From Verrucomicrobiota bacterium (GTDB taxonomy: Bacteria; Verrucomicrobiota; Kiritimatiellia; CAJWTS01), in contig JAQBYD010000002.1 in the NCBI GenBank assembly GCA_027623315.1, positions 52,140 to 116,139 of the forward strand: DNA of 64,000 nucleotides, given 5' to 3'. The notes beneath the pieces were generated by a model. The model was not told the origin of the DNA. It made no database searches and saw only the letters and a list, made by a program, of their open reading frames with translations. The position numbers were made by a program, and so were the translations under genes. Shown here piece after piece: positions 1-8,609 of the stretch (positions are counted from its first letter, which is position 1; every line of letters begins with the position of its first letter).

Positions 1-631
1 GCGGGATATCCCCACACGCAAAGAAGACATCCAGAGTCGACTCGAGGAGCACCGCCACGCGCTCGAGGCCGCGAAAGAAGATCTGAAGCGGGAGCAAGTT
101 AAGAGCAAAGAAATTGAAGTCGAGATAGGGTCTCATCGCGAGCAGATCAACAAGTATCGGACTCAACAGCTCAGTCTCAAGACGAATGTAGAGTTCCGGG
201 CCATGGAGAAGGAGATTGCGACGGTCGAGGGTCGAATTCGTGGTCTCGAAGACACAGACCTGGTGTTGATGGAAATTATCGAGAACGCGGAACGCATTAT
301 CCGGGACAAGGAGCAGGCGCTGAAGGACGAGGAGGAGGCGGTCAAGCGGGATCTCGTCGACATGGATAAGCGCAGCACCAATATGCAGAGCGAACTCGGC
401 ACATTGAAGGGCGAGCGCGGTGGACTGGCCGAAGGTATCGATCCCGAATGGCTCAAGCGCTACACGAGAATTTTCGTGAATAAGAAGGATAAGGCCGTCG
501 TCACGATTGAGAACGGGGTCTGTTCGGGATGTCACATGAAGGTGCCCCCGCAGCTGGCGCACAATGTTCGAAAAGAGGGGGCCATGGTAACCTGCGATTA
601 TTGCGGGCGGCTTCTCTGCGCGGCGGTATAG
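1..631 (+). CDS. Zinc-ribbon domain protein (COG1579-like coiled-coil plus C4 zinc ribbon), 5'-truncated by the window edge
   Basis: The frame is open from base 2 through the listed ORF 203..631 with no stop. The C-terminus reads CSGCHMKV...CDYCGRLLC (C4 zinc ribbon) after a long K/E-rich coiled coil. Stop is TAG at 629-631. Confidence 0.6.
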   Translation, partial: RDIPTRKEDIQSRLEEHRHALEAAKEDLKREQVKSKEIEVEIGSHREQINKYRTQQLSLKTNVEFRAMEKEIATVEGRIRGLEDTDLVLMEIIENAERIIRDKEQALKDEEEAVKRDLVDMDKRSTNMQSELGTLKGERGGLAEGIDPEWLKRYTRIFVNKKDKAVVTIENGVCSGCHMKVPPQLAHNVRKEGAMVTCDYCGRLLCAAV

Positions 632-640
632 AATTTTTGA

Positions 641-1033
641 CGGCAGGGGTCTTCGGTCGCTGCGCTTTGCGTCCTCACGGGCGTAAAGCGGGGAGGAAAG
701 TCCGGACTCCGCAAGGCAGGGTGTCCCGATTAACGTCGGGAGGCCTCCTGGTAATCGGGAGGCACGGAAAGTGCCACAGAAAATAGACCGTCTCGGCCAC
801 GCCGCAAGGCGGGTGCCGGGATAAGGGTGAAATGGTGGTGTAAGAGACCACCGGGCCGTTTCGTAAGGCGCGGCCGCAGGGTAAACCCCACCTGGAGCAA
901 GATCAAATAGGGAACTGGAGGCCGCCTGTCTCGCTTCCACTTCGGTGGATACAGTTTCGGGTTGATCGCATAGATAAATGACCGAATCCCGCCCTCGGGC
1001 GGGACAACAGAATCCGGCTTATGGCCCCTGCTA
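641..1033 (+). ncRNA. rnpB: RNase P RNA, bacterial type A
   Basis: Universal RNase P motifs were read directly: GGAGGAAAGTCCGGACTCC, AGGGTGAAATGGTGGTGTAAGAGACCACC, GTAAACCCCACCTGGAGCAAGATCAAATAGGGAA and ACAGAATCCGGCTTA. A P1 helix pairs 5' GCAGGGG (643-649) with 3' CCCCTGC (1025-1031). Confidence 0.85.
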
Positions 1034-1929
1034 TCGAACGCGATACGCTGCTTCGATTCGCTGCTTTCATATTAATGTTGGTGGCGATCGGAGCAGCGTC
1101 TTTTTTTTACAGCGCGTTTCGCAGCCTTCCGGTTATTCCGCTGGCTGCCACGGGTGATTCCGCACGCCCGGTTCTCCCTGCCCCGCGGAAGATTTCGATC
1201 GATTGGAGCCTGTTTCGCCCAGCCAGCGTAACGGCTCGAGCGCGCGGCACGACGCATGCGGATAAGCGATACCGTTTGATCGGCACCTTCTCGATCTACT
1301 CGGACGGTGATAGTGCCGAGCCGGCTGTGCGCCGCGCGATCGTGGTCGATGACGAGATTGATGATGAGCTTATCGTCGGGGAGGGAGAGGTGGTCGGGGA
1401 GGCCCGCATCGTCCGCGTCTTCGATGATCACGTCACGATCAGGCTGAACGGAGTGGAGTCGGACCTCTGGCTCAGCATCGTCGCTCCGGATGCGCGCCAC
1501 ACCGGCCAGACGGCGGGAGCCGCGGGCGCTGATGGTTCCGGCGAGGACGCCGACGGCGGGCCTGGCTTCGGCGAGCTGGTCGGTGAGCATCTCTGGGTGA
1601 TGCAGCGCGATCGGTTGATGGACTACTATCGGGGACTACTCGACGAACCCGATCGGCTTCTCGCCGTCTTCGATTCAATGAAACCGGTCTACGGCGACAA
1701 CCGGCGCATTTCGGGTTACGTCCTCGACGTCGCCGGAGAAGGGGAGTTCTTTAAGTCCATGGGGCTGCAGGAAGGGGACGTCGTCCGACGCGTCAATGCC
1801 GTTCCGATGACCAGCCGAAGCAGGGCCGAGTACTTCATTCGTCAGTTCGCCGAGAAGGGAGCCAACGCGTTCGTCTTTGAGATCGAGCGCGACGGCAGCG
1901 TGGAGAAGCACGTCTACCAAATCCGGTAG
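1021..1929 (+). CDS. GspC/PilP-like protein: N-terminal TM helix, beta-rich middle domain, C-terminal PDZ-like domain
   Basis: 302-aa ORF with hydrophobic N-terminus AAFILMLVAIGAASFFYSAF. The C-terminus GYVLDVAGEGEFFKSMGLQEGDVVRRVNAVPM is PDZ-like. The annotated ATG at 1021 lies inside the rnpB 3' helix, so the real start is probably downstream (for example Met at 1075 or GTG at 1081). Confidence 0.4.
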   Translation: MAPAIERDTLLRFAAFILMLVAIGAASFFYSAFRSLPVIPLAATGDSARPVLPAPRKISIDWSLFRPASVTARARGTTHADKRYRLIGTFSIYSDGDSAEPAVRRAIVVDDEIDDELIVGEGEVVGEARIVRVFDDHVTIRLNGVESDLWLSIVAPDARHTGQTAGAAGADGSGEDADGGPGFGELVGEHLWVMQRDRLMDYYRGLLDEPDRLLAVFDSMKPVYGDNRRISGYVLDVAGEGEFFKSMGLQEGDVVRRVNAVPMTSRSRAEYFIRQFAEKGANAFVFEIERDGSVEKHVYQIR

Positions 1930-1975
1930 GCGCTCACGTCGTAGCTAGGAGACCGGCGGACCGCTTGAGCGTCGA

Positions 1976-3766
1976 TCATAGCGCAGGTGGCTTAAGTCCG
2001 ACGGGCTCCTGGTTCGGTTCGATCTCGGGTGCCCAGCGATTAATGATCCAGGTCAGGGGGGCCTTGAGGGCGGTGTGGTTGACGCACCATGTGACGGGCT
2101 TGTAGATGGCGTCGACGGCGGTCTTGTGGAAGGGCGAACTGCTCCCGGCGACCCAGAACGCGACCGGTCCCATGCTGCTGAAGTAGATGACGAAGAGGCA
2201 CAGCGCGATGATTGCCCGGGCTTTCAAGCGGTGCAGTTGCTTTCGCAGCTGAATCTGGCGCATGAAGGGCTCGGCCTCAGAGCTGCTGAGTTCGCTGCTC
2301 TCCAGGAGGCCGCGGCAAATTCGCTCGGCCTGCTGGAGATTGCCGAGGTTGTATTCGACGCGCGCGCGCGTGAGGTTACGCTGCGCCAGCTTGACGGGTA
2401 GCTCCTGCTCGATGTGGTTATACTTGCCCGTAGCGTCGATCGCCTTAAACTCGTCCAGAAGTTCGCGCGTACGCTCGAACTTCTCTCGTTTGAATTCGGC
2501 CGGGATCAGGCTGAGTAGTTCGTCGCGCCGGGACAGGGCTTTCTCGGAGCGTCTCTGCAGGTTAAGGATGTCGGAGATGAGCTTTCGCCCGGTTTCGCCC
2601 TTGGGTTGAAAGGGGACCTGTCCGGCTTCCTCCCGTAGGAGATGGAACTTGGCCTCTCGTTCATAGGTCTTCAGGCGGTCGTACAAGCGCGCTGCTTCCT
2701 CGAATGTCTTGGCATCATTTCCGCAGCCTCCGCAGTACTGCACGCCGATGCGGGTCTCGGCCCCGCATTCCCCGCAGATCTCGTGACCGTCCCATCCGCA
2801 GTCTACGCAGAAGCGACGCGAGAGCGGGTTGATCGCGTGGCACCATTTACACCACCAGGTTCCACGGTCGCGGCGATCGGGGACGATGATGCCGGAGTGG
2901 AAAAGGGATTCTTCAAAGTCCGCTACCTTGCTCCAGCGCTTAGTCACGTCGCTTTCAAGAGCCTTGAGAATGCACGGCCGCAGCGGATCCGGTACGCGGT
3001 TCTCGCGAAAGAATCTCGGATTCTCACCCGTCAGGCAAAAGTAGAGCACGCCACCCAGGCTGTAGATGTCGGCGCGCTCATCGACGGAGCTCGCGTCGGA
3101 CTCCTGTTCGGGCGCGCTGTAGCCCAGCGACACCATTTTCGTACCGGTCGCGGTGAGTTCATCGCCCGATCCGAGTCGACGCCGTGCGAGGCCAAAATCG
3201 ACGATCTTGGGTTCCTCATTTTCGGTTAGAAGGACATTGGAAGGCTTCAGATCGCGATGGATCACACCCCGGTCGTGGGCATAGCGAAGGGCGTTGCAGA
3301 GTTTGATCATGATGCCGATGGCGTCTTCGACCGGCATCGGCCCGTCGGCGCGGACCTTCGCCTCAAGCGTCAGCGGCGGCCCGGGCAAATCCGTTCCGGG
3401 GTCCGTGCCGGGCCCGGGACCCGGCACGTATTCCATCGCGATGTAGGGGCCCGTGCGGTCCTCGGCCAATGCATAGACGTGCACAATATGATTGTGATTC
3501 AGGGCGGCGATGGATTTGGCCTCCCTGAAGAAGCGCTCCTTCATGACTCTATTGGCCCAGAACTGTTTGCTGAGTCGTTTGAGAGCGACATAACGGCCGA
3601 GTTTGCGGTCACGCGCGAGGTACACGACGCCCATCCCGCCCGCGGCTATCTCGTGGACGACATCGTACTGGTCCGGGTTGCTCAGCACCTCTTCGTGCGG
3701 GATGATGACGGTCTTGCGTTGAATAGACGCGAAGCTGGGCTCGGGAGTGTCGGCTGCGTCGCTCAT
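1976..3766 (-). CDS. Ser/Thr protein kinase with C-terminal double zinc ribbon, coiled coil and C-terminal TM anchor
   Basis: Hanks kinase motifs GGMGVVYLA, VALKRL, HRDLKPSNVLL, DFGLAR and SAPE. A PGPGPGTDPGTD linker is followed by CKWCHAINPLSRRFCVDCGWDGHEICGECG...YCGGCG and a C-terminal hydrophobic segment. Confidence 0.85.
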   Translation of the reverse strand: MSDAADTPEPSFASIQRKTVIIPHEEVLSNPDQYDVVHEIAAGGMGVVYLARDRKLGRYVALKRLSKQFWANRVMKERFFREAKSIAALNHNHIVHVYALAEDRTGPYIAMEYVPGPGPGTDPGTDLPGPPLTLEAKVRADGPMPVEDAIGIMIKLCNALRYAHDRGVIHRDLKPSNVLLTENEEPKIVDFGLARRRLGSGDELTATGTKMVSLGYSAPEQESDASSVDERADIYSLGGVLYFCLTGENPRFFRENRVPDPLRPCILKALESDVTKRWSKVADFEESLFHSGIIVPDRRDRGTWWCKWCHAINPLSRRFCVDCGWDGHEICGECGAETRIGVQYCGGCGNDAKTFEEAARLYDRLKTYEREAKFHLLREEAGQVPFQPKGETGRKLISDILNLQRRSEKALSRRDELLSLIPAEFKREKFERTRELLDEFKAIDATGKYNHIEQELPVKLAQRNLTRARVEYNLGNLQQAERICRGLLESSELSSSEAEPFMRQIQLRKQLHRLKARAIIALCLFVIYFSSMGPVAFWVAGSSSPFHKTAVDAIYKPVTWCVNHTALKAPLTWIINRWAPEIEPNQEPVGLKPPAL

Positions 3767-4158
3767 GGCATCGTCGCCTCTACGGTGATCGCAATGCCGC
3801 CGCGCGCGTTGAATTCGCCGGTGACGCGACCTTCGCGGGGGGCGATGGCCTTCGTGACATCGCTCGCGATCCGATTCACGACGGCTTCATGAAAGATGCC
3901 TTGGTTCCGAAAGGAGAAGAGGTAAAGCTTCAGCGCCTTGCTCTCCACGCATAGCTTGTCGGGGATATACTCGATCGTGATATGGCCGAAATCGGGTTGG
4001 CCGGTAATGGGGCAGAGCGCGGTGAATTCGGGACATTCGAGCCGGACCCAGTAATCGCGTTCGGGATAGGCGTTCTCAAACGACTCCAACGCAGCCTCTT
4101 CGGGCGAAGTCGGGTAGCGCGTATGTCCTTCGCGCAGAATATTGAGGTCGGTGTCCAT
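3763..4158 (-). CDS. queF: NADPH-dependent 7-cyano-7-deazaguanine (preQ0) reductase, YkvM-type QueF
   Basis: ECPEFTALCPITGQPDFGHITIEYIPDKLCVESKALKLYLFSFRNQGIFHE contains the QueF Cys and E-x-K motifs. Start chosen at the internal Met (MDTDLN) by alignment to the about 130-165 aa YkvM family; the longer ORF extends to 4335. Overlaps the kinase start by 4 nt. Confidence 0.8.
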   Translation of the reverse strand: MDTDLNILREGHTRYPTSPEEAALESFENAYPERDYWVRLECPEFTALCPITGQPDFGHITIEYIPDKLCVESKALKLYLFSFRNQGIFHEAVVNRIASDVTKAIAPREGRVTGEFNARGGIAITVEATMP

Positions 4159-4351
4159 ATGCTCAGAGGCTGGCGTGATGACTTTGACGTCGTGAGTTCT
4201 CCGCCTGGATAGGCCGGAAATCGATTTCGATCCTCGGACTCTATCACAATTGGCGAAAGAAAATAATCTGAACGTACCGCGAGTGTCAAAATCAGACTGA
4301 TTCATGGGGCTTGTGAAATCTCTGGAAATGGGCATATAATCTCCGAATACG

Positions 4352-4855
4352 TTGGGGATTTTATCGAATCCTGCAGCGGGGCATGTGTTGAGATATTGTA
4401 CAGGCGTATTGGCCGTGGCCGCCTTGGCCCTGGCCGGATGCTCACACGTTCGCCCACCTGGTGGTGTGGCCGCACGTAGGGATTCCGTCGTTACGACGGG
4501 ATACTGTAAGTGCGAGTCGTGCTGCGGGTGGACGCGTAACTGGCTGGGCCGGCCGGTATTTGCCTATGGTCCGAGCCGCGGTAAAGTGAAGCGCGTTGGC
4601 GTTACCTCCAACGGTAGCCACGCGCGCGTCGGGACCATCGCCGCGGACACAGGGGTCTTTCCCTTCGGAACCATCATCTACGTGCCCGGGTACGGATACG
4701 GGAAGGTGGAGGATCGCGGTGGCGACATTAAGGGCAAGCACATCGATCTCTATTTCCGCTCGCATGGCCAGGCGCAGGAGTGGGGACGCCGGGTGAAGGA
4801 CATCAAGATCTGGCCGCCCGGCGAAGCCAATGGCGTCATCAAAGCCGGGCTGTAG
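4352..4855 (+). CDS. 3D-domain (MltA/RlpA-like double-psi beta-barrel) lipoprotein
   Basis: Signal peptide with lipobox LALAGCS. Body reads TTGYCKCESCCGW...GVTSNGSHARVGTIAADTGVFPFGTIIYVPGYGYGKVEDRGGDIKGKHIDLYF, typical of the 3D domain. Confidence 0.7.
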   Translation: MGILSNPAAGHVLRYCTGVLAVAALALAGCSHVRPPGGVAARRDSVVTTGYCKCESCCGWTRNWLGRPVFAYGPSRGKVKRVGVTSNGSHARVGTIAADTGVFPFGTIIYVPGYGYGKVEDRGGDIKGKHIDLYFRSHGQAQEWGRRVKDIKIWPPGEANGVIKAGL

Positions 4856-4891
4856 TCCTACGGCATGGGCCCGCGCGCCGACGCTCAAGGG

Positions 4892-5452
4892 TTAGTCGCC
4901 CTGCTTCCGCATTCCAAGCGGCGGCCCCAGGACCTCGCGCAGGATGACGGCGTTGCGAACGCTCTCCGCAGTATCGAGATGCCTTCGTAGCCAGCGCCTT
5001 GCCGGTTGAGACCGGCGCGACGCGACGGGTCGCATGCTTTCCTGGGCAAGGGGGTCCCGCGCTTCCGCCGCGGACCTTGGCGCTGCAACCGTGCGCTCTA
5101 CTCGGTCATAGGCGGACGGTGCGGCTTGATCTCGCGGTGTCGCGGCAACGACACGTATCGGCGGCGGGGGCGGCGGCACCACGCGCAGCGGCGCTTCCAT
5201 TTCCTCCTCCTCCTCAAACACGGGCGGAGGTCCGGGCGCCTGCTGCCCGGCGGCCCCGGAGAGGCCCTGCAGGAATCGCCGGAGCTGTTCCTCCGGATCT
5301 CCCGATGGAGCCGGCTCCTGCGGCATCATCGGATCCGAGCGTCCCGGCCGCTGCCCCTTCTTCGCGACCTTCATCATGGAAGACACGATCCAGATAATCA
5401 CGGCCACGACCGGGATGATCCCATCAAGAATATCCAGACGGAAGTCGCTCAT
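4892..5452 (-). CDS. Hypothetical membrane protein, Pro-rich
   Basis: N-terminal TM helix (IIPVVAVIIWIVSSMM) then low-complexity P/A-rich sequence. No recognisable domain. Confidence 0.35.
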   Translation of the reverse strand: MSDFRLDILDGIIPVVAVIIWIVSSMMKVAKKGQRPGRSDPMMPQEPAPSGDPEEQLRRFLQGLSGAAGQQAPGPPPVFEEEEEMEAPLRVVPPPPPPIRVVAATPRDQAAPSAYDRVERTVAAPRSAAEARDPLAQESMRPVASRRSQPARRWLRRHLDTAESVRNAVILREVLGPPLGMRKQGD

Positions 5453-5489
5453 GATCTCATGACCTCAGGATCCACAGGGCCGGGTCTAC

Positions 5490-6509
5490 CTATTCGCCGT
5501 CTTCTTCGTCGGCCGGCGATCCGGCGATGGTGTTGCGCATCGAGGTGTCCGACTCAATGTTCTGCATGCGGTAGTAATCCATCACGCCGAGGTTGCCCTC
5601 GCGAAACGCCTGTGCCATGGCGCGCGGCACCTCCGCACGGGCCTCCATGACCTTCGCGCGCATTTCCTGGACCCGCGCGACCATCTCCTGCTCCTCCGCG
5701 ATGGCCATGGCGCGTCGGCCTTCCGCTTCCGCCTGGCGCATCTTCTTGTCCGCCTCGGCACGCTCGGTCTCAAGCAGGGCGCCGACGTTGGCCACGGCGC
5801 TGACGCCGGCCACACTGATATCGGCGATATCGATCGAAACGATCTCGAATCCGGTCTGGGCGTCCAGGCCGCTGTCCAGCACGCGCCGGCTGATGTGGTC
5901 GGGATTCTCCAGCACGTGCTTGTAGGTGGGAGACGAACCGATTGCGCTGACGATTCCCTGCCCCACGCGGGCGATAATGGTCTCTTCGCCGGCGCCGCCG
6001 ACGAGGCGCTCGAGATTGGCCCGCACCGTGACGCGTGCCTTGACCAGCAATCGAATACCGTCCTTGGCCACGGCATCCAGCATGCCGCCCGTGCTGGGCG
6101 CTGCGAGCGGGCAGTCGATCACCTTGGGATTCACACTGGTGCGCACGGCGTCCATGACGTCACGACCGGCCAGGTCGATCGCCGCGGCACGCTGGAAGTT
6201 CAGATCGATCTTGGCCTTGTCCGCCGCGATCAACGCGTTCACAACGTTGATTACGTCGCCCCCGGCGAGATAGTGGGCTTCGAGGGAATCGGTATCGAGT
6301 TGGAGACCCGCTTTAAGGAGACGAATACGAGCGTCGACGATTAGCGTGGGTGGTACACGCCGCAACTTCATGCCGATCAGGGCGAGGATCGAGACTCTCG
6401 CGCCGGACATCAGGGCGCGAACCCAGACACTCAGGAAGTAGAGAAAGATGAAAAGAAAGACGATCGCGATAATCGCGAGAATGGCGATGACGACAGTGGC
6501 GGCGTTCAT
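5490..6509 (-). CDS. floA: Flotillin-like protein FloA (YqfA/UPF0365 family)
   Basis: N-terminal TM then SPFH-like body with conserved FloA stretches ([18 protein letters not shown]..., [27 protein letters not shown]) and a coiled-coil C-terminus. Size about 330 aa. Confidence 0.85.
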   Translation of the reverse strand: MNAATVVIAILAIIAIVFLFIFLYFLSVWVRALMSGARVSILALIGMKLRRVPPTLIVDARIRLLKAGLQLDTDSLEAHYLAGGDVINVVNALIAADKAKIDLNFQRAAAIDLAGRDVMDAVRTSVNPKVIDCPLAAPSTGGMLDAVAKDGIRLLVKARVTVRANLERLVGGAGEETIIARVGQGIVSAIGSSPTYKHVLENPDHISRRVLDSGLDAQTGFEIVSIDIADISVAGVSAVANVGALLETERAEADKKMRQAEAEGRRAMAIAEEQEMVARVQEMRAKVMEARAEVPRAMAQAFREGNLGVMDYYRMQNIESDTSMRNTIAGSPADEEDGE

Positions 6510-6530
6510 GGGCGTTACTCCTCTATACAG

Positions 6531-6995
6531 TTATACTTTTCTAACGACGATTCGGTTTCCTTCGATCTGCACGACGCGGATGGTCTGATCCTTGCCCAGC
6601 ATGGCGCCCTCGGTGACGACGTCAACTTTACGTCCACCGATTGACGCGAAGCCGGCCGGCCGGCACGGGGTAAGCGTTTTGCCTTCCTGGTCGATCAGCT
6701 CTGCGAGATTTGACTCGGTTGCATCAAAATCGGCGCCATCGGTCTCAAGGGTCATCTGCCTTCCAAAGCGTGTCTTCGGAAAGTACTTGGCCCAGTGAAA
6801 GATGGAGACCAGAAGCAGAAAGATGAGACCGATAGATATATACGGTCCGAATGAGGGAAAGGCGAAATTGGATACGATCATGGCGCCAATCAGAGAGCTT
6901 ATACCGATCACGCCCAGGATCCCGCCGGGCACGAAGATCTCGGCGCCGGTCAAAAGCAATCCCGTGATCAGGAGAATATAGAAAAGTTCAATCAT
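6531..6995 (-). CDS. NfeD-family protein, short form (membrane plus C-terminal OB-fold)
   Basis: Two TM helices followed by a beta-rich C-terminus (GKTLTPCRPAGFASIGGRKVDVVTEGAMLGKDQTIRVVQIEGNRIVV). Overlaps the upstream NfeD-long gene by 4 nt, consistent with an operon. Confidence 0.75.
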   Translation of the reverse strand: MIELFYILLITGLLLTGAEIFVPGGILGVIGISSLIGAMIVSNFAFPSFGPYISIGLIFLLLVSIFHWAKYFPKTRFGRQMTLETDGADFDATESNLAELIDQEGKTLTPCRPAGFASIGGRKVDVVTEGAMLGKDQTIRVVQIEGNRIVVRKV

Positions 6996-8521
6996 GCCTC
7001 TGTGCTCTCCACGACGACCCGGTTACCGCGAACGTCGACAATACGTATCGGCGAATCGGAATCGATAAACTCACCTCGTGACACGACGCTCATGCGCTTC
7101 CCATCGAATTCCCCCGATCCCGCAGGGCGCAGCGGTGTCACTGCCGTACCGACCCATCCGATGCAATCATCCGACGTCCCCGTGGCGTCAAACCCAGCCT
7201 TCACGCTGGTCGAGGCGGTCAGCACGAGGTGCCGGAACATCTGCGTCTCCGGGAGGAATCGGGCGAGTATCATGGCCGAAAACGTGGATAAAATCAGGGA
7301 AGAGCCCAGGTGTAGAAACGAGATTTGAATGTCGGGTAGCGTCGGAAACGCCGGCAGCCCCGGAACGTTATTCGGAATGTGCGGAACCATGGCCATCAGC
7401 AGGGCCGTGAGCATGAGGAAGAACCCGGCGATTCCCGTGATGCCGAACCCGGGTATGACGAATATCTCAAGAGCGAGAAGAAGCAGCCCGATCATGAAGG
7501 CGAGGATCTCGCCCGAGCCCGCGACCCCGGCAATAGAATTGGCCCAGAACCAGACCGCCACAAGAAAAAGACCGAGTATTCCGAAAATCCCGAATCCGGG
7601 CGTCTTGAACTCGATATAGATGCCGAGCAATCCGCCGCCGATGAAGATCGCCGAAAACATCTGGATCCAGCGCGCCATCTTCTCCGCCGGGGATACCTCG
7701 AGGTGAATCGCGGTTGCGTCGCTGTAACCCAGCACGGAAATGAGTTCATCCAGATCCTTGACGGTACCCCTCGAAAGCAGCATGCGCGGCGGATCATCCA
7801 CCAGCTGTTCCGCTTCGGTGTTGGTCAGCGTGAGAAGTTCGCCTTGCTTGGAAATTACCTTGTCTCCGATCTTGTACTCCGACTCACGGCGAATCATCGC
7901 CTCGATCACGTTAACATCGTGCCCCTTGGCCTCGGCGGCGGAGCGGACCACGGCGGAGAGTGCAGAAACCATCTTCTCGTTCATGGTCTCAGGCATTTCC
8001 TGCGTACCGCCCGTCGGGGACATCATCACCGGCGCGGCCGCACCGATCTGGCTCAGTGGTGCCATGTAGATATCGTCGGTGCAAACACTAATGAAGGCGC
8101 CGGCGGACATGGCCCACTTGTTGACAAATGTGCATGTCTGGATTTCTTCGCCCGCCGCGATCAACGCGGTCATAATCTGACGAGTCGCCTGCACGCTGCC
8201 ACCAGGTGTATCCATATCCAGAATCAGCAGCGAGGCCTCGTGTTCTTTGGCTTCTTCGATTCCGCGGCGAATGGTATAGACCAGACTCTGATTGATCTGC
8301 ACGTCGATCCGAATCACGTACACGGTTCGGCCGGCGGAACTCCCGGGCGGAGTGACGGACGTCTCCGCTGCTATGACGGAAGTCTCCGCGGGCGTCACGG
8401 ATGACTCCTCGGGTGTGACGGATGACTCCGCGGGCGTCACGGATTCCTCGGCTTGCAGCCACGACGCCGCGAGCAGCGCCAGGAGCGCCAGGAGTGTAAA
8501 GATTAGTGAGGTCGTCTTCAT
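6992..8521 (-). CDS. NfeD long form: membrane-bound ClpP-class serine protease with C-terminal TM region and OB domain
   Basis: Signal peptide, (E/A)(S/T)SVTP repeats, ClpP-like domain (VYVIRIDVQIN...ILDMDTPGGSV...AMSAGAFI), multiple TM helices, and a C-terminal OB-like tail ending IRIVDVRGNRVVV. Confidence 0.8.
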   Translation of the reverse strand: MKTTSLIFTLLALLALLAASWLQAEESVTPAESSVTPEESSVTPAETSVIAAETSVTPPGSSAGRTVYVIRIDVQINQSLVYTIRRGIEEAKEHEASLLILDMDTPGGSVQATRQIMTALIAAGEEIQTCTFVNKWAMSAGAFISVCTDDIYMAPLSQIGAAAPVMMSPTGGTQEMPETMNEKMVSALSAVVRSAAEAKGHDVNVIEAMIRRESEYKIGDKVISKQGELLTLTNTEAEQLVDDPPRMLLSRGTVKDLDELISVLGYSDATAIHLEVSPAEKMARWIQMFSAIFIGGGLLGIYIEFKTPGFGIFGILGLFLVAVWFWANSIAGVAGSGEILAFMIGLLLLALEIFVIPGFGITGIAGFFLMLTALLMAMVPHIPNNVPGLPAFPTLPDIQISFLHLGSSLILSTFSAMILARFLPETQMFRHLVLTASTSVKAGFDATGTSDDCIGWVGTAVTPLRPAGSGEFDGKRMSVVSRGEFIDSDSPIRIVDVRGNRVVVESTEA

Positions 8522-8609
8522 GGCTACCAGGTGCGGGATAGCCGCACATTCATTCCATTATGCAGATGCCCGCGAATCGTGCGATTACAAACTGCGGCGA
8601 ATGATGGAA

